Source of the DNA: an uncultured Rhabdochlamydiaceae bacterium
Lineage (GTDB): Bacteria > Chlamydiota > Chlamydiia > Chlamydiales > Rhabdochlamydiaceae
DNA length: 64,000 nucleotides
NCBI GenBank assembly: GCA_963712275.1
Contig: CAVQHD010000001.1
Coordinates: forward strand, 896,001-960,000
Reading direction: 5' to 3'
A program made the translations under genes and the position numbers. The notes beneath the pieces were generated by a model. That model ran no database searches. It was not told where the DNA came from and worked only from the letters and a program-made list of their open reading frames with translations. Shown here piece by piece: positions 39,209-49,400 of the stretch (the first letter of the stretch is position 1; the number at the start of each line of letters is the position of its first letter).

Positions 39209-40882
39209 ATGTCTAAGACAGTGCTAGTTACTTCTGCTCTTCCTTATGCGAATGGACAGCTTCATTTTGGCCATATTGCAGGGGCTTACCTTCCAGCCGA
39301 TTGCTATGCCCGCTTTGAGCGGCTGCAAGGCAAGGATGTGCTCTATATTTGCGGTTCAGACGAGTATGGGATTGCCATCACACTAAGTGCAGAGATGGCT
39401 GGAAAAACTCCCAAAGAACACGTCGATCATTTTCACGCTGTCAATCGGGACTTATTTGCAAAACTCCATTTTTCATTCGACCACTTTTCTCGAACCACAT
39501 GGCCTGGGCATATTCCTGTGGTTCAGCAATTTTTTCTCGACCTGCTCAGAAACGGCTATATTGAAGAAAAGGTCACAGAGCAGCTCTTTTCACCCCAAGA
39601 AAATCGGTTTCTAGCAGATCGGTATGTGACAGGAATTTGTCCTAAGTGCGGCTATGAGGCTGCGCGTGGAGATGAGTGCCAGCGGTGTGGGGCAAGCTAT
39701 GAAGCCACAGATTTAAAGATGCCTTGCTCCAAACTTTCCGGCGCTCCTCTCGTGTTAAAAGAGACCAAACATTGGTTTTTGCGCTTTGATCTGTTTAAAG
39801 AAAAACTAACCGACTGGCTTTCCCAGAAATCGTGGAAGCCAAATGTCATCAACTTTGCGCGCAGTTATGTCGACGATCTTAAGCCTCGAGCCATCACACG
39901 CGATGGGGAGTGGGGGATTCCCATTCCTTTACCAGGAACGGAGGGGAAAGTCCTCTATGTTTGGTTTGATGCTCCGATCGGCTATATTTCAGCAACGCAG
40001 GAGTGGGCTCAGCTCAAAGGCGATCCAGAGGCGTGGAAAAAGTACTGGGACTCAGAGACAACCTACGTCCAATTTGTAGGGAAAGACAACATCCCGTTCC
40101 ATGCGGTTTTTTTTCCTGCAATGGTCATGGGCCAGAACACTCCTTATCATCTGGTCGATCAACTTCCCTCCAACGAATTTTTGAACCTCGAAGGGCGGCA
40201 GTTTAGTAAATCAGATGGATGGACGATTGATCTTGCCGATTTTTTTACTCAGTTTACCGCCGATCAAATCCGTTACACGCTGGCTGCAAATGCACCTGAA
40301 AATCAAGACTCTGAATTCACTTGGAGAGATTTTCAAACCCGCTGCAATTCTGAGCTCTTGGGAAAATACGGAAATCTCGCCAACCGAGTTCTTGTCTTTT
40401 TACATAACCAGTGCGGAGGCAAGGTCCCTTCAGCTGCGATCTCAGGCTCGACCTTCCTGCAAGATATACAGGCAAAGAGTGAAGAAATCAGACACGCCTA
40501 CAGCCAGTTTCACCTAAGGAAAGCAGCGGCCCTCATCATGGAGATGGCTCAGCTAGGCAATGTCTATTTTGATGCGCAGAAACCCTGGATTCTTGCAAAA
40601 TCTCCAGGCACACGCCCTCAAATGGAAAAAGTCCTCCTTGAGTGCCTGGAGTGTCTTAAGGTCCTTGCCTTAGTCTCTTCCCCGATCATTCCCGAGACGG
40701 CGCAAAAGCTGTGGCACCTGCTTGGATTTACATCCATCCTTGCTAAGGAGAAGTGGGACTATGTCATCCAGACGCCTCTTCACGACGGACTTACGCTTCC
40801 TAAGCCCGAAGTCCTTTTTAAGCGGGTGGAAGATGCCCAGGTTGCAGAGCAGGAAGAGAAACTAAAGGTGCTCAGGTGTTAA
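39209..40882 (+). CDS. metG: Methionine--tRNA ligase
   Basis: TSALPYANG.LHFGH (HIGH-like), GSDEYG, Zn knuckle, YVWFDA, GKDN..FH, FSKS. Confidence 0.97.
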   Translation: MSKTVLVTSALPYANGQLHFGHIAGAYLPADCYARFERLQGKDVLYICGSDEYGIAITLSAEMAGKTPKEHVDHFHAVNRDLFAKLHFSFDHFSRTTWPGHIPVVQQFFLDLLRNGYIEEKVTEQLFSPQENRFLADRYVTGICPKCGYEAARGDECQRCGASYEATDLKMPCSKLSGAPLVLKETKHWFLRFDLFKEKLTDWLSQKSWKPNVINFARSYVDDLKPRAITRDGEWGIPIPLPGTEGKVLYVWFDAPIGYISATQEWAQLKGDPEAWKKYWDSETTYVQFVGKDNIPFHAVFFPAMVMGQNTPYHLVDQLPSNEFLNLEGRQFSKSDGWTIDLADFFTQFTADQIRYTLAANAPENQDSEFTWRDFQTRCNSELLGKYGNLANRVLVFLHNQCGGKVPSAAISGSTFLQDIQAKSEEIRHAYSQFHLRKAAALIMEMAQLGNVYFDAQKPWILAKSPGTRPQMEKVLLECLECLKVLALVSSPIIPETAQKLWHLLGFTSILAKEKWDYVIQTPLHDGLTLPKPEVLFKRVEDAQVAEQEEKLKVLRC

Positions 40883-42289
40883 CTCTTTAAAGAGTTGCTC
40901 CTGTCCCTCGTTGATTTTAAGCTCGTTATTGCTGACTGTAGCCACCTCAACAAAATTGGGACCCCCAGCAACCTGCATGAGATTGCAGTAAAGCCTGTAG
41001 TGGATTGAAGGGTCGCGTAAATCCTGAATTGTACGGATTCTATTAAGGCGAAACCTTTTGGCATCGTCGGCAGAACTCTTAGCTGCATCTTGCTTGATCC
41101 TATCGTCTTGACTGTGATCGCGGAGAGTAGCGCGAACTCTCGCCTCCTCTACTTGCTCAGGGGCAATCTCCCTTATAAAAATCACTCGTCCTTTAAAATC
41201 TTTGAGCAAGCGATTAAACCTAAATGCATCGATTGCTGCGACCTCAGTGAGAAGGCAGGGGATATTTGAAACACGTTCGGTTAAATCATTTTTTAGCATC
41301 ATTGCTTCAAAATGAAAGTCTTGTTTACGACCCTTTTGGTCTTCGTTCAAATAAGGAATCAGATCGTCAAGACTAAAGGGCATGTACTGCTCGTTTTGAA
41401 ATAACGATTTTGAGAAAGAGGTTTTACCGGCTCCATAGGGGCCGATGACCGCTACAACACTCTTTTTGTCGGTAGGGAGTTGGAGGGTTTTCTGAAGAAC
41501 TGCGCTTGTAGAACTGAGATCTTGAAGATAACGGTCTATCGCGCGTTTTTGAGCTTCCAGGCGGCCTTCAATAAATACAGAACTCAAGCGGCCTTGCGTT
41601 GGAACCATGGCAGGCGTGCTACACCATTTTTTTACAAGATAGGTTGGAGGTGACAGAGAAGAAGGATGAGAATCGATTTTCTCTAATGCATTGCTGATGG
41701 GAAAAGGTGCATTTGATCCCTCTTTTTCTTGAATCTTTAAAAGCTCTTCAGTCGAGATGATGTCACCTTTATCAAAAGCAACAGTCCCATGAAAATTCCC
41801 AGCAATTTGCTCATCATAGAAGGATCTGTTTTCAGGGTTTTTACATTGATACAGTCCAGATAAAATCAGAACATGGGTGAGCAAAACATGAGGGGTTTTA
41901 AGATAGACATAATTTTTTTCAAACTGTTTATCTTGAGGATATTTGACAAGGTAATCCTCTGCCATCTTTTCGCGAAGTACAATTTGAGATTGATCTCCTT
42001 GTAAAATGAGTGAGAAAATAGCCATCAGAGGGTTATTCTCAGTGGAGTGAGTTTTTAAGTAATCTGTCACAGTGTGCGAGAGCATTTGTGTCAGATTCGA
42101 CTCATTAAAGAGCCGATCGCGGCGCAAAAGGGTAATTGCTTGCTCAATTTGCTGGTCTGTTTTGAATAGATCATAGACCCACTCTTTGAGCACCGTTTGA
42201 ATGTCTTGCACCGAGCTATTGACAATTATTTCTCCTGCACTAAAAGGTTGTGTCTGAGTAGAAGAAGTTGGATTGTTGTAGACAGCCAT
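40862..42289 (-). CDS. Hypothetical protein with C-terminal P-loop kinase-like (zeta/AAA_33-like) domain
   Basis: VVAVIGPYGAGKTS Walker A followed by FSLDDL; ATG 42289 with AGGAG RBS. Confidence 0.7.
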   Translation of the reverse strand: MAVYNNPTSSTQTQPFSAGEIIVNSSVQDIQTVLKEWVYDLFKTDQQIEQAITLLRRDRLFNESNLTQMLSHTVTDYLKTHSTENNPLMAIFSLILQGDQSQIVLREKMAEDYLVKYPQDKQFEKNYVYLKTPHVLLTHVLILSGLYQCKNPENRSFYDEQIAGNFHGTVAFDKGDIISTEELLKIQEKEGSNAPFPISNALEKIDSHPSSLSPPTYLVKKWCSTPAMVPTQGRLSSVFIEGRLEAQKRAIDRYLQDLSSTSAVLQKTLQLPTDKKSVVAVIGPYGAGKTSFSKSLFQNEQYMPFSLDDLIPYLNEDQKGRKQDFHFEAMMLKNDLTERVSNIPCLLTEVAAIDAFRFNRLLKDFKGRVIFIREIAPEQVEEARVRATLRDHSQDDRIKQDAAKSSADDAKRFRLNRIRTIQDLRDPSIHYRLYCNLMQVAGGPNFVEVATVSNNELKINEGQEQLFKELTPEHL

Positions 42290-42343
42290 TGATAACTCCT
42301 TTGTTTGGAAGGGAGTATAGCTCAATGCGGGAAAATCAAGCAA

Positions 42344-44479
42344 TCATTTTTGGACGAGAAAATCTGTCAACGCAGTCTTTAGCCGCGTATGTCTTTTTTT
42401 TGCTTCATTGCTTTGAACTGCAAGGCCGATGGCTTGCTTGCTGCCGACCAGAATCACGAGTGTTTTGCCACGAGTGATCCCCGTGTAGAGAAGATTTCGG
42501 TGAAGCATTTTAAAATGACTCATGTGCATGGGGATGACAACACATCGGTATTCACTTCCCTGGGATTTATGAATGGAGACGGCATAGGCGAGAACAAGGT
42601 CGTCCATTTCAGAAAATTGGTATTCGACACGCCGGTCATCAAAGTGGACGGTGAGCAGCTGGTTTGAAAAATCGATGGTCAAAATCCGTCCAATGTCTCC
42701 ATTAAATACCAGTTTTTCGTAATCGTTGCGGATTTGCATCACTTTATCGCCCACATGAAATGTACGCCCCATGCGGCAGAGAGGAGTCGGGCTTGGGTTT
42801 AATACTTTTTGTAAAACGACGTTTAAATTTTCGGTTCCAATGATGCCTCGTTTCATGGGAGATAGCACCTGGATATCATCAAAGCGGTGAAAGCGGGATT
42901 TACCGGGCAGTTTTTCAGTGACGAGCTCGACAATGGTTTCAACGATCTCATCAGGCGTCTCTCTTTCGATAAATCGAAAGTCGGAATAACTGAGAAGCTC
43001 TGGGAACTCTCCTTGGTTAATCCGATGGGCGTTTGTGATGATTTTCGAATTGGCCGCTTGCCTAAAAATTTGGGTCAGCTTTGAGATACCCACACAGTTT
43101 GACTCGATAAGATCTTCAAACACACTCCCTGCGCCGACGCTTGGGAGCTGATCAGCATCTCCAATGAGAATGAAGCGAGCCGACGAAGGGGTTGCTTTAA
43201 GAAGATGGAAGAAGAGAAATGTGTCAATCATACTTGCTTCATCTACAATCAAAAGATCGCACTTGAGCGGATTGTCTTGGTTTCGTTTAAACCCCCCCGA
43301 TTGAAAATCCATCTCGAGGAGACTATGGATAGTCGATGCTTTTTTTCCTGTAATTTCTGTCATCCGCTTGGCAGCCCGCCCTGTGGGGGCCGCTAGAAGA
43401 ATTGAGTCTGTGAGTTTCTCGCTAATGCGAAGGATTGCCCGTGTAATCGTACTTTTTCCTGTCCCAGGGCCTCCCGTGATGATATGCACCTTTTCTTGAA
43501 CGGCCTCAGCAATTGCCTTTTTTTGCTCTTCCGCAAAAGAAAGGTTGAGTTTTTCCTCTGCCCAGAGAACTGCCTTATCCACTTGAATTGCCCGCAGCCC
43601 CGATGATGCTTGCATCAGGCGGCCTAGCTCGCGCGCAATCCCTTTTTCTGCCAAATGAAATGGCCTTAAAGCAATAAAGCCTTCCTCTTCAATGAGAACC
43701 CTGTCTTCAAGGCTTGTTTCGAGTCCTTGACGAACCTCTGATTCCTCGACAGTCAAAATCGCTGTCGTCTGCGCTGCAAGCTCTTCTTTAGGGAAACAGG
43801 TGTGCCCTTCGTTCGAAAGATCCCAAAGCACATGTTCAATGCCTGCCCGAATACGGGTCATGGAGTGAGCGGGTACCCCTATTTTTTGAGCAATTTGGTC
43901 TGCCGATTTAAATCCGATGCCTCGAATATCTCGGGCAAGCACATACGGATCTTGCTTGACTTTCTCAATGCTTTGATCTCCATAGGCTTTATAAATTTTT
44001 TGCGCAAATGAAGGTGATACTTCATGGGACTGAAGAAAAATCATCACTTCCCGGATCGCTTTTTGCTCTTTCCAACAGGTTTGAATTGTTTCAATCCGCT
44101 TGGCGCCAATGCCGGGGACTTCGCCAAGCCTGGAGGGGAAGTTATCGATAATTTCCAGCGTTTCGATGCCAAACTGCTTCACAATCCGCTCTGCGTACGT
44201 GCGGCCAATCCCTTTGATCATGCCTGATTCAAGGTATTTCTGAATGCCGATGAGATCAGAGGGTTGTTTACATTCAAACGTTTGAACTTCGAACTGCCGG
44301 CCGTACTGAGGATGGTGCTTCCACTCCCCCTCGCACCGAATTGTCTCTCCAGGCTGCAAGGAAGGGAGAGATCCTACAATGCACGTCAGCTCTTGCTTGC
44401 GTGGCTCTTTTAGCCGAGCCACTGTGAAGCTCTCTCCTGCAAAAACAATATTTTCAATATAACCAAAAATTTCTTCCAC
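42344..44479 (-). CDS. recD2: RecD2-type SF1B helicase
   Basis: N-terminal OB/HhH region, TGGPGTGKS, APTGRAAKR, VDEASM, GDADQLPSVG, HKSQGSEY. Confidence 0.96.
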   Translation of the reverse strand: MEEIFGYIENIVFAGESFTVARLKEPRKQELTCIVGSLPSLQPGETIRCEGEWKHHPQYGRQFEVQTFECKQPSDLIGIQKYLESGMIKGIGRTYAERIVKQFGIETLEIIDNFPSRLGEVPGIGAKRIETIQTCWKEQKAIREVMIFLQSHEVSPSFAQKIYKAYGDQSIEKVKQDPYVLARDIRGIGFKSADQIAQKIGVPAHSMTRIRAGIEHVLWDLSNEGHTCFPKEELAAQTTAILTVEESEVRQGLETSLEDRVLIEEEGFIALRPFHLAEKGIARELGRLMQASSGLRAIQVDKAVLWAEEKLNLSFAEEQKKAIAEAVQEKVHIITGGPGTGKSTITRAILRISEKLTDSILLAAPTGRAAKRMTEITGKKASTIHSLLEMDFQSGGFKRNQDNPLKCDLLIVDEASMIDTFLFFHLLKATPSSARFILIGDADQLPSVGAGSVFEDLIESNCVGISKLTQIFRQAANSKIITNAHRINQGEFPELLSYSDFRFIERETPDEIVETIVELVTEKLPGKSRFHRFDDIQVLSPMKRGIIGTENLNVVLQKVLNPSPTPLCRMGRTFHVGDKVMQIRNDYEKLVFNGDIGRILTIDFSNQLLTVHFDDRRVEYQFSEMDDLVLAYAVSIHKSQGSEYRCVVIPMHMSHFKMLHRNLLYTGITRGKTLVILVGSKQAIGLAVQSNEAKKRHTRLKTALTDFLVQK

Positions 44480-44541
44480 CCTTTTTACTATAGATGACCG
44501 ATTGATTTAAATCTGCCCATTTTCTACCATAGATTTCTCTT

Positions 44542-44713
44542 AGAAGCTGTCTTAAAACTCAGTTTCTGTCGATTTTTGGGGCTTTTTGAGCCAATTTTCG
44601 CTTTATTTGGTGGGGGTAATATACGAAAGTTGATATAACCCCCACCAAATAAAGCGAAAATTGGCTCAAAAAGCCCCAAAAATCGACAGAAACTGAGTTT
44701 TAAGACAGCTTCT
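44542..44713. mobile_element. Long palindromic MITE-like element, family D, copy 1 (172 bp)
   Basis: Perfect 76-bp arms (44542-44617/44638-44713) around a 20-nt loop; TTA on both sides of GAAGC...GCTTC. Confidence 0.88.
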
Positions 44714-44716
44714 TAT

Positions 44717-44788
44717 TCCGGATTAGCTCAGCGGTAGAGCAGTGGACTGTTAATCCATTGGTCGCAAGTTCGAATCTTGCATCCGGAG
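44717..44788 (+). tRNA. tRNA-Asn(GTT)
   Basis: TCCGGAT acceptor stem, TAGCTCAGCGGTAGAGC D-arm, anticodon loop CTGTTAA, GTTCGAATC T-arm. Confidence 0.95.
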
Positions 44789-44808
44789 ATTTTGAATATA
44801 ACTCTCTT

Positions 44809-44980
44809 AGAAGCTGTCTTAAAACTCAGATTTCGTCGCTTTTTGGAGGATTTTTGGCCAATTTTCGCTTTATTTGGTGGGGGTAATATACGAAAGTTGA
44901 TATAACCCCCACCAAATAAAGCGAAAATTGGCTCAAAAAGCCCCAAAAATCGACAGAAACTGAGTTTTAAGACAGCTTCT
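44809..44980. mobile_element. Long palindromic MITE-like element, family D, copy 2 (172 bp)
   Basis: Same loop and right arm as copy 1, in direct orientation; left arm carries a cluster of differences; TTA on both sides. Confidence 0.88.
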
Positions 44981-44996
44981 TAAAGGGAGTGCCTAA

Positions 44997-45931
44997 ATGT
45001 CTATTGAAACACTAAACACTTTAGATGATGCTAGAGGTTATTTAAGGCAGGTTGAAGCGACGCCTTATCCATTAAAGGAAAAAAGAGTCGATCTGGCTTT
45101 TTTTTCACACACTTTCTTGTGGCTACAATTACTAGCTCTTTTACTCATCCGATTGAAACTTTGAAAGGTACTTTTGCATACTTATTTTTCCATGCAGATT
45201 TTTTTCCACAATCTCACTTTATCACTATGGAAAACATTCAACAACATTGCAATGAACGCGGATGTCCTGAAGGTTTTGAAAACGCGCTTATTTATATTGT
45301 CACAAAGACCCAAGAGCTCGCTAAAAAAATGGGAATAGGTGAAGTTCAGATTGGTATGCCAGGTCTGCCACAAGAAGGAGACTTGGATTTCATAGCTAAA
45401 AGTTTTAGAGGATACAATATTCGTACGATTGAACTGGGGGCAAATTTTTTCAAATACCCAAAAGAAGAAATGGAGTACATTCTCGCACATGAGCTGTTTC
45501 ATATCAAGCACAATGACGTATTGAAAACTGTTGCTTTCAATTGGGTTGTTATGGCTTTAAATCTTATTACATTTCGTCATTTCAGTTTTGCACGAGCTGT
45601 AGGGGTTGTTATGCTAACTAACGGAATCTTCGATTGTATTTTTCGTACTATCCTCGCAAGACACACGGAACTTGTAGCTGATAGAGAAGCGCTACGTTAT
45701 CTTAACTCGAATATCGGAATGGTTAAAGCGTTCCATCGAGAATTAAAAGAACAATATATTCTCAAGCATACGCCTGCAGAAGAGTTGCAAAAGCTTCATC
45801 CAACCAAAACTCTTGAAAATATACAACTTGAGCAAATGAGAATTACTCCCCATGGAAATAATAGAGTTGCCCTGGTGCAAACAACTGCGCGCCTGACCCA
45901 AGCCTTAAACTTTAAGCCTTTGTTGATCTGA
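44997..45931 (+). CDS. M48-like zinc metallopeptidase, frameshifted at a T8 run (45098-45105)
   Basis: YILAHELFHIKHND (HExxH) and ELVADREA; the ATG at 44997 with GGGAG RBS joins the 45119 frame if the T8 run has one more T. Confidence 0.7.
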
Positions 45932-46043
45932 TTACAAAAACATCCTATAGAGCGAGTTTTGCGAGCTCTCGCTATAACTCATATTCAGAAGCTTACCTAG
46001 CTCAATTGGGGAGCGCTCTAATCAGAAAATGGATCAAAATCTG

Positions 46044-46385
46044 CTATTCTAAAAACACAGCTGTTCGTCCGCGTCGGATTCTTCTGTGAATCCTTTTGGG
46101 ACGGTGGACATGGATATCCACATCACAGTGAAGTGCATTTAAGAAGCGGATTAAACGATCAGTAGAGAACCCAGATAATCGACCTTTTAAAAGCATGGAT
46201 ACTTTAGGTTGATCAATGCCTAAAATTTTAGCAATTCGAGCTTGGGTTAGTCGTTTTTGCTTAACGATATCGCAAATCTGGCTGAGGAGTTTTGCTTTAA
46301 CTAAAAGCTCGTCACTATCAGGTAGCCCTAAATCTTCAAAGACATTTCCGCAGCTAGCTTCTATTTCATTGTTAAAATATTGAAT
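46044..46385 (-). pseudogene. XRE/HigA-like HTH antitoxin lacking a canonical start codon
   Basis: Minus frame reads EASCGNVFEDLGLPDSDELLVKAKL...LTQARIAKILGIDQPKVSMLLKGRLSGFSTDRLIRFLNAL; an in-frame TAA lies just upstream and only ATT/ATA are available as starts. Confidence 0.8.
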
Positions 46386-46447
46386 TTAATCTTTCCTTGG
46401 ATAAAGCTTATTCTCGATTTCCCCTTATCCATCTAAAAGGAGGTTGT

Positions 46448-49400
46448 ATGTCTTTTCCTAGCACGAATTCTATCCCCTCGAACATCAAACAACTCCTTCC
46501 TGTCCCTAATACTCCGTGGCTTCTCAGCCCTGGGGTGCTTCAACGACTTTCCCAGCAACCCCCTGATCCAAGCAGACGTTTCAAGCAATGTGAACTTCTT
46601 CTCTCGGATCTAGAAAAAGATTTTGTTCTCTGCTGCTTTTTCCAGATGAAACCCTCAGGGTATAGTATTTCCAAAATTTCTTGCATCGACCACCCATTCC
46701 ACACAGCAGCCTTCGAAGCAGAACTCGTTAACATCGATGAAGAGGCTAAGAGGTTTTTGCCAAGATGGGCTAACGAACAAGAAAATCAACGGAAAAAAGG
46801 AGTGATCGAGCGGTGGAAAGATTTAGTTCATGCATTTGATCCTTTAGAGATCCCCACCATGGGACAAATAACTCATCTCACAGCTGCTAAAGTGCTCCCC
46901 CTCTGGCATGGCAGCAGTTTCGACAAGTGCCACTCTATCTGCTCTTCTGGCTTTACCTATTTTGGCAAGCACCATTTTTTCGATCCCAATGCTAATGCAG
47001 GCTCTATTTCCAGCACAGACATGGGTTTTTTTGGCAGTGGGATCTACTTCACCAATAGCGCCCATTACGCCTCTATGTATTCTGAAGGGCATCTCCTCCT
47101 CTCCTGGGTCTCCATGCGAGAGCCGTATCCCGTGGTCAGCGATGTTCCTCATCCTAATAAATGCACCGATATGAAGATGCTAGAAGGAAAAGGAGCGTAT
47201 CAAAACTATAATGCTCATTATATTCCCGTCATCTCTGCTAACCCCAAAAAACCTTTCTGCATGGACTACTACCCTTGTTACAAAGACCAGCAGCCTGTAT
47301 GGGATGAGATCGTCATCTTTCAACGGTCTCAAACTCTCTCCCGTTTTTGGGTAGAGCTCTCCATTGATACTCCCGCTCCTATTTTGAAACAAACCTATAG
47401 TTTTTCAGATTGTTATGCTGCTTGCCAAAAAGGAAATTTCGAACAAGTTAGAGCATGGATCATTGAAAGCCCCAAACGGCTTAAAGAAAAAAACCCAGAA
47501 GGGGAAACGCTCCTTTATGCCGCCGTCAAAGGTAGCCAGCTTCCTATTCTCCAATGGCTATACAGACAAGATCCAACACTCCTTAAAATCTCTCGAGACG
47601 ATGGGTCTACCCTCCAGCATATCGCCGCTGCCAGTGGAGATACCGAACTTGTCATGTGGCTTCACACTAAAGACTCCACACAGATCCAGCAGCGCAATGG
47701 AAATAAGGAAACCCCTCTTCATCTTGCTGCCTACTACGAACATGTCTCCATCTTAAAGCTATTCTTCTCAAAGATCCAAGCCGACAGCTCCTTCATCCTC
47801 CAGGTCATTGAAAAGCCATGCTCAAAAACCCTCGCTTTTTTCTTCGAGAGAGGCTTGAAACTAGAAGTCCTTAATCCATTTAAACAAACCCTCTTGCACA
47901 TTGCTGCTCAAGCAGGTCTAGAAGAGAATGTCCTCTGTTTATTACAGCATGGCGCTTTCATTGACGCCCAAGATCTTTCCAAGAGAACACCCATCTTTCT
48001 CGCTACTGTGCAAGGGCACCGTTCCATCGTCCAACTCCTCCTTCAGCATAAAGCCAGCGTTGATATCGTCTCTATTGAAAAAGAGACCCTCCTTCATGCC
48101 GCTGCTTTCTACGGAAATACCCCTCTTCTCCAAATTCTCCTCAATCACCCGCTCTGCCAAAAGCTCATCAACGCTCAAGATGAAGACGGCAAGACCCCCC
48201 TTCATAAAGCCGTCTGGGGAGATCCCAAACCCGATGTCGTCGACCTTCTCCTTGCCTATGGAGCCAATCCCAATGCGACTAATCATTACAACTATACCTC
48301 CCTTCACTGGGCTGCTAAGCACGGTCATATCAAAAGCAGTGAAATCTTGCTCAGCAAGGGGGCAAATGTTAATGCTATTAATACCAATCAAGATCTTCCC
48401 TTAGACCTCGCTATCCGATATGGGCAAAATGAAGTCGTTCATTTCTTTCTCGGAACGACACAACGATTGAAAAAAGTAGACCAGCCGCTCCCTAAAGACA
48501 TGATCAAACACTATCAAGACTGTCTTCTCAAAGCCAAAGAGCAAAACCTCATTGAAGAGCAAATCTTTTATCTTGAAAAGATCAGCGACGAGCTCCTTCG
48601 GAACAACAATTTCGTTACAGGCGCAATGATCTTAAATAGCGCCCTTGCTCTTCTGCAATCTCACAAAAAAAATCTCCCCTTTGAACATTACCTCTTTTCT
48701 AAGATTGAAAGGATTGAAGGGCTGTTCTTAGAAACTAAAGGAATTAAATCACTTCCTAGCAAACGAGATAACTTTGAAGGAGGATGGAATCGAATAACCC
48801 TGCGACGACAAGAATTAAACACGATTCGTATGAATTGTGAAGCAGCCTTCAAGCAAAAAGCCTTTGTGCCTGACATCCTCAGGCAGCTCACAAAAGACTT
48901 TCGCTCACTTCTCGAAAAGCTTATCGCTGACGCGCAATTTTTGATAGGACAGGCTCCTGTCAAGTGGGCATGTATCGGTGCGGGCTCTATCTCCAGAGAT
49001 GAGATGTGCCCTTATTCCGATATTGAGTTTGCATTCTTAATCGAAGAAGAAACCCCTGAAGCGTTCGAATATTTTCGAACGCTGGCTCGGCTACTGCAAA
49101 TCCAGGTGATTAACCTCGGTGAAACAAAATGCTCTGTCTTTGGAGAAGGAGAAGAAAGCCCCACTCCTAACGGCTTTTGTATAGACACTGGAGGAAACGT
49201 CCCTCTAGGGGGAGTGTTTGAGCTCATTGCAGCGCCTGCCCACCTCGCTCAGCTCCAAACACTTCAGTGGATCGATGATAGTATTATCCTTGCCAATGTG
49301 ATGAGCTCCGTTTGTCTCGTTAAAGGAGACCAGAAGCTTGTGGCAAGCTATCTTCAGCATAGGGAAAAGATCCAAGAACTTAAAGAACAAGAACCTACAG

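Noticed and set aside
44728..44946. 72-aa minus-strand ORF, and similar ORFs at 17948-18151, 25880-26113 and 54862-55116
   Set aside because: They lie within palindromic elements or tRNA sequence and have no coding features.
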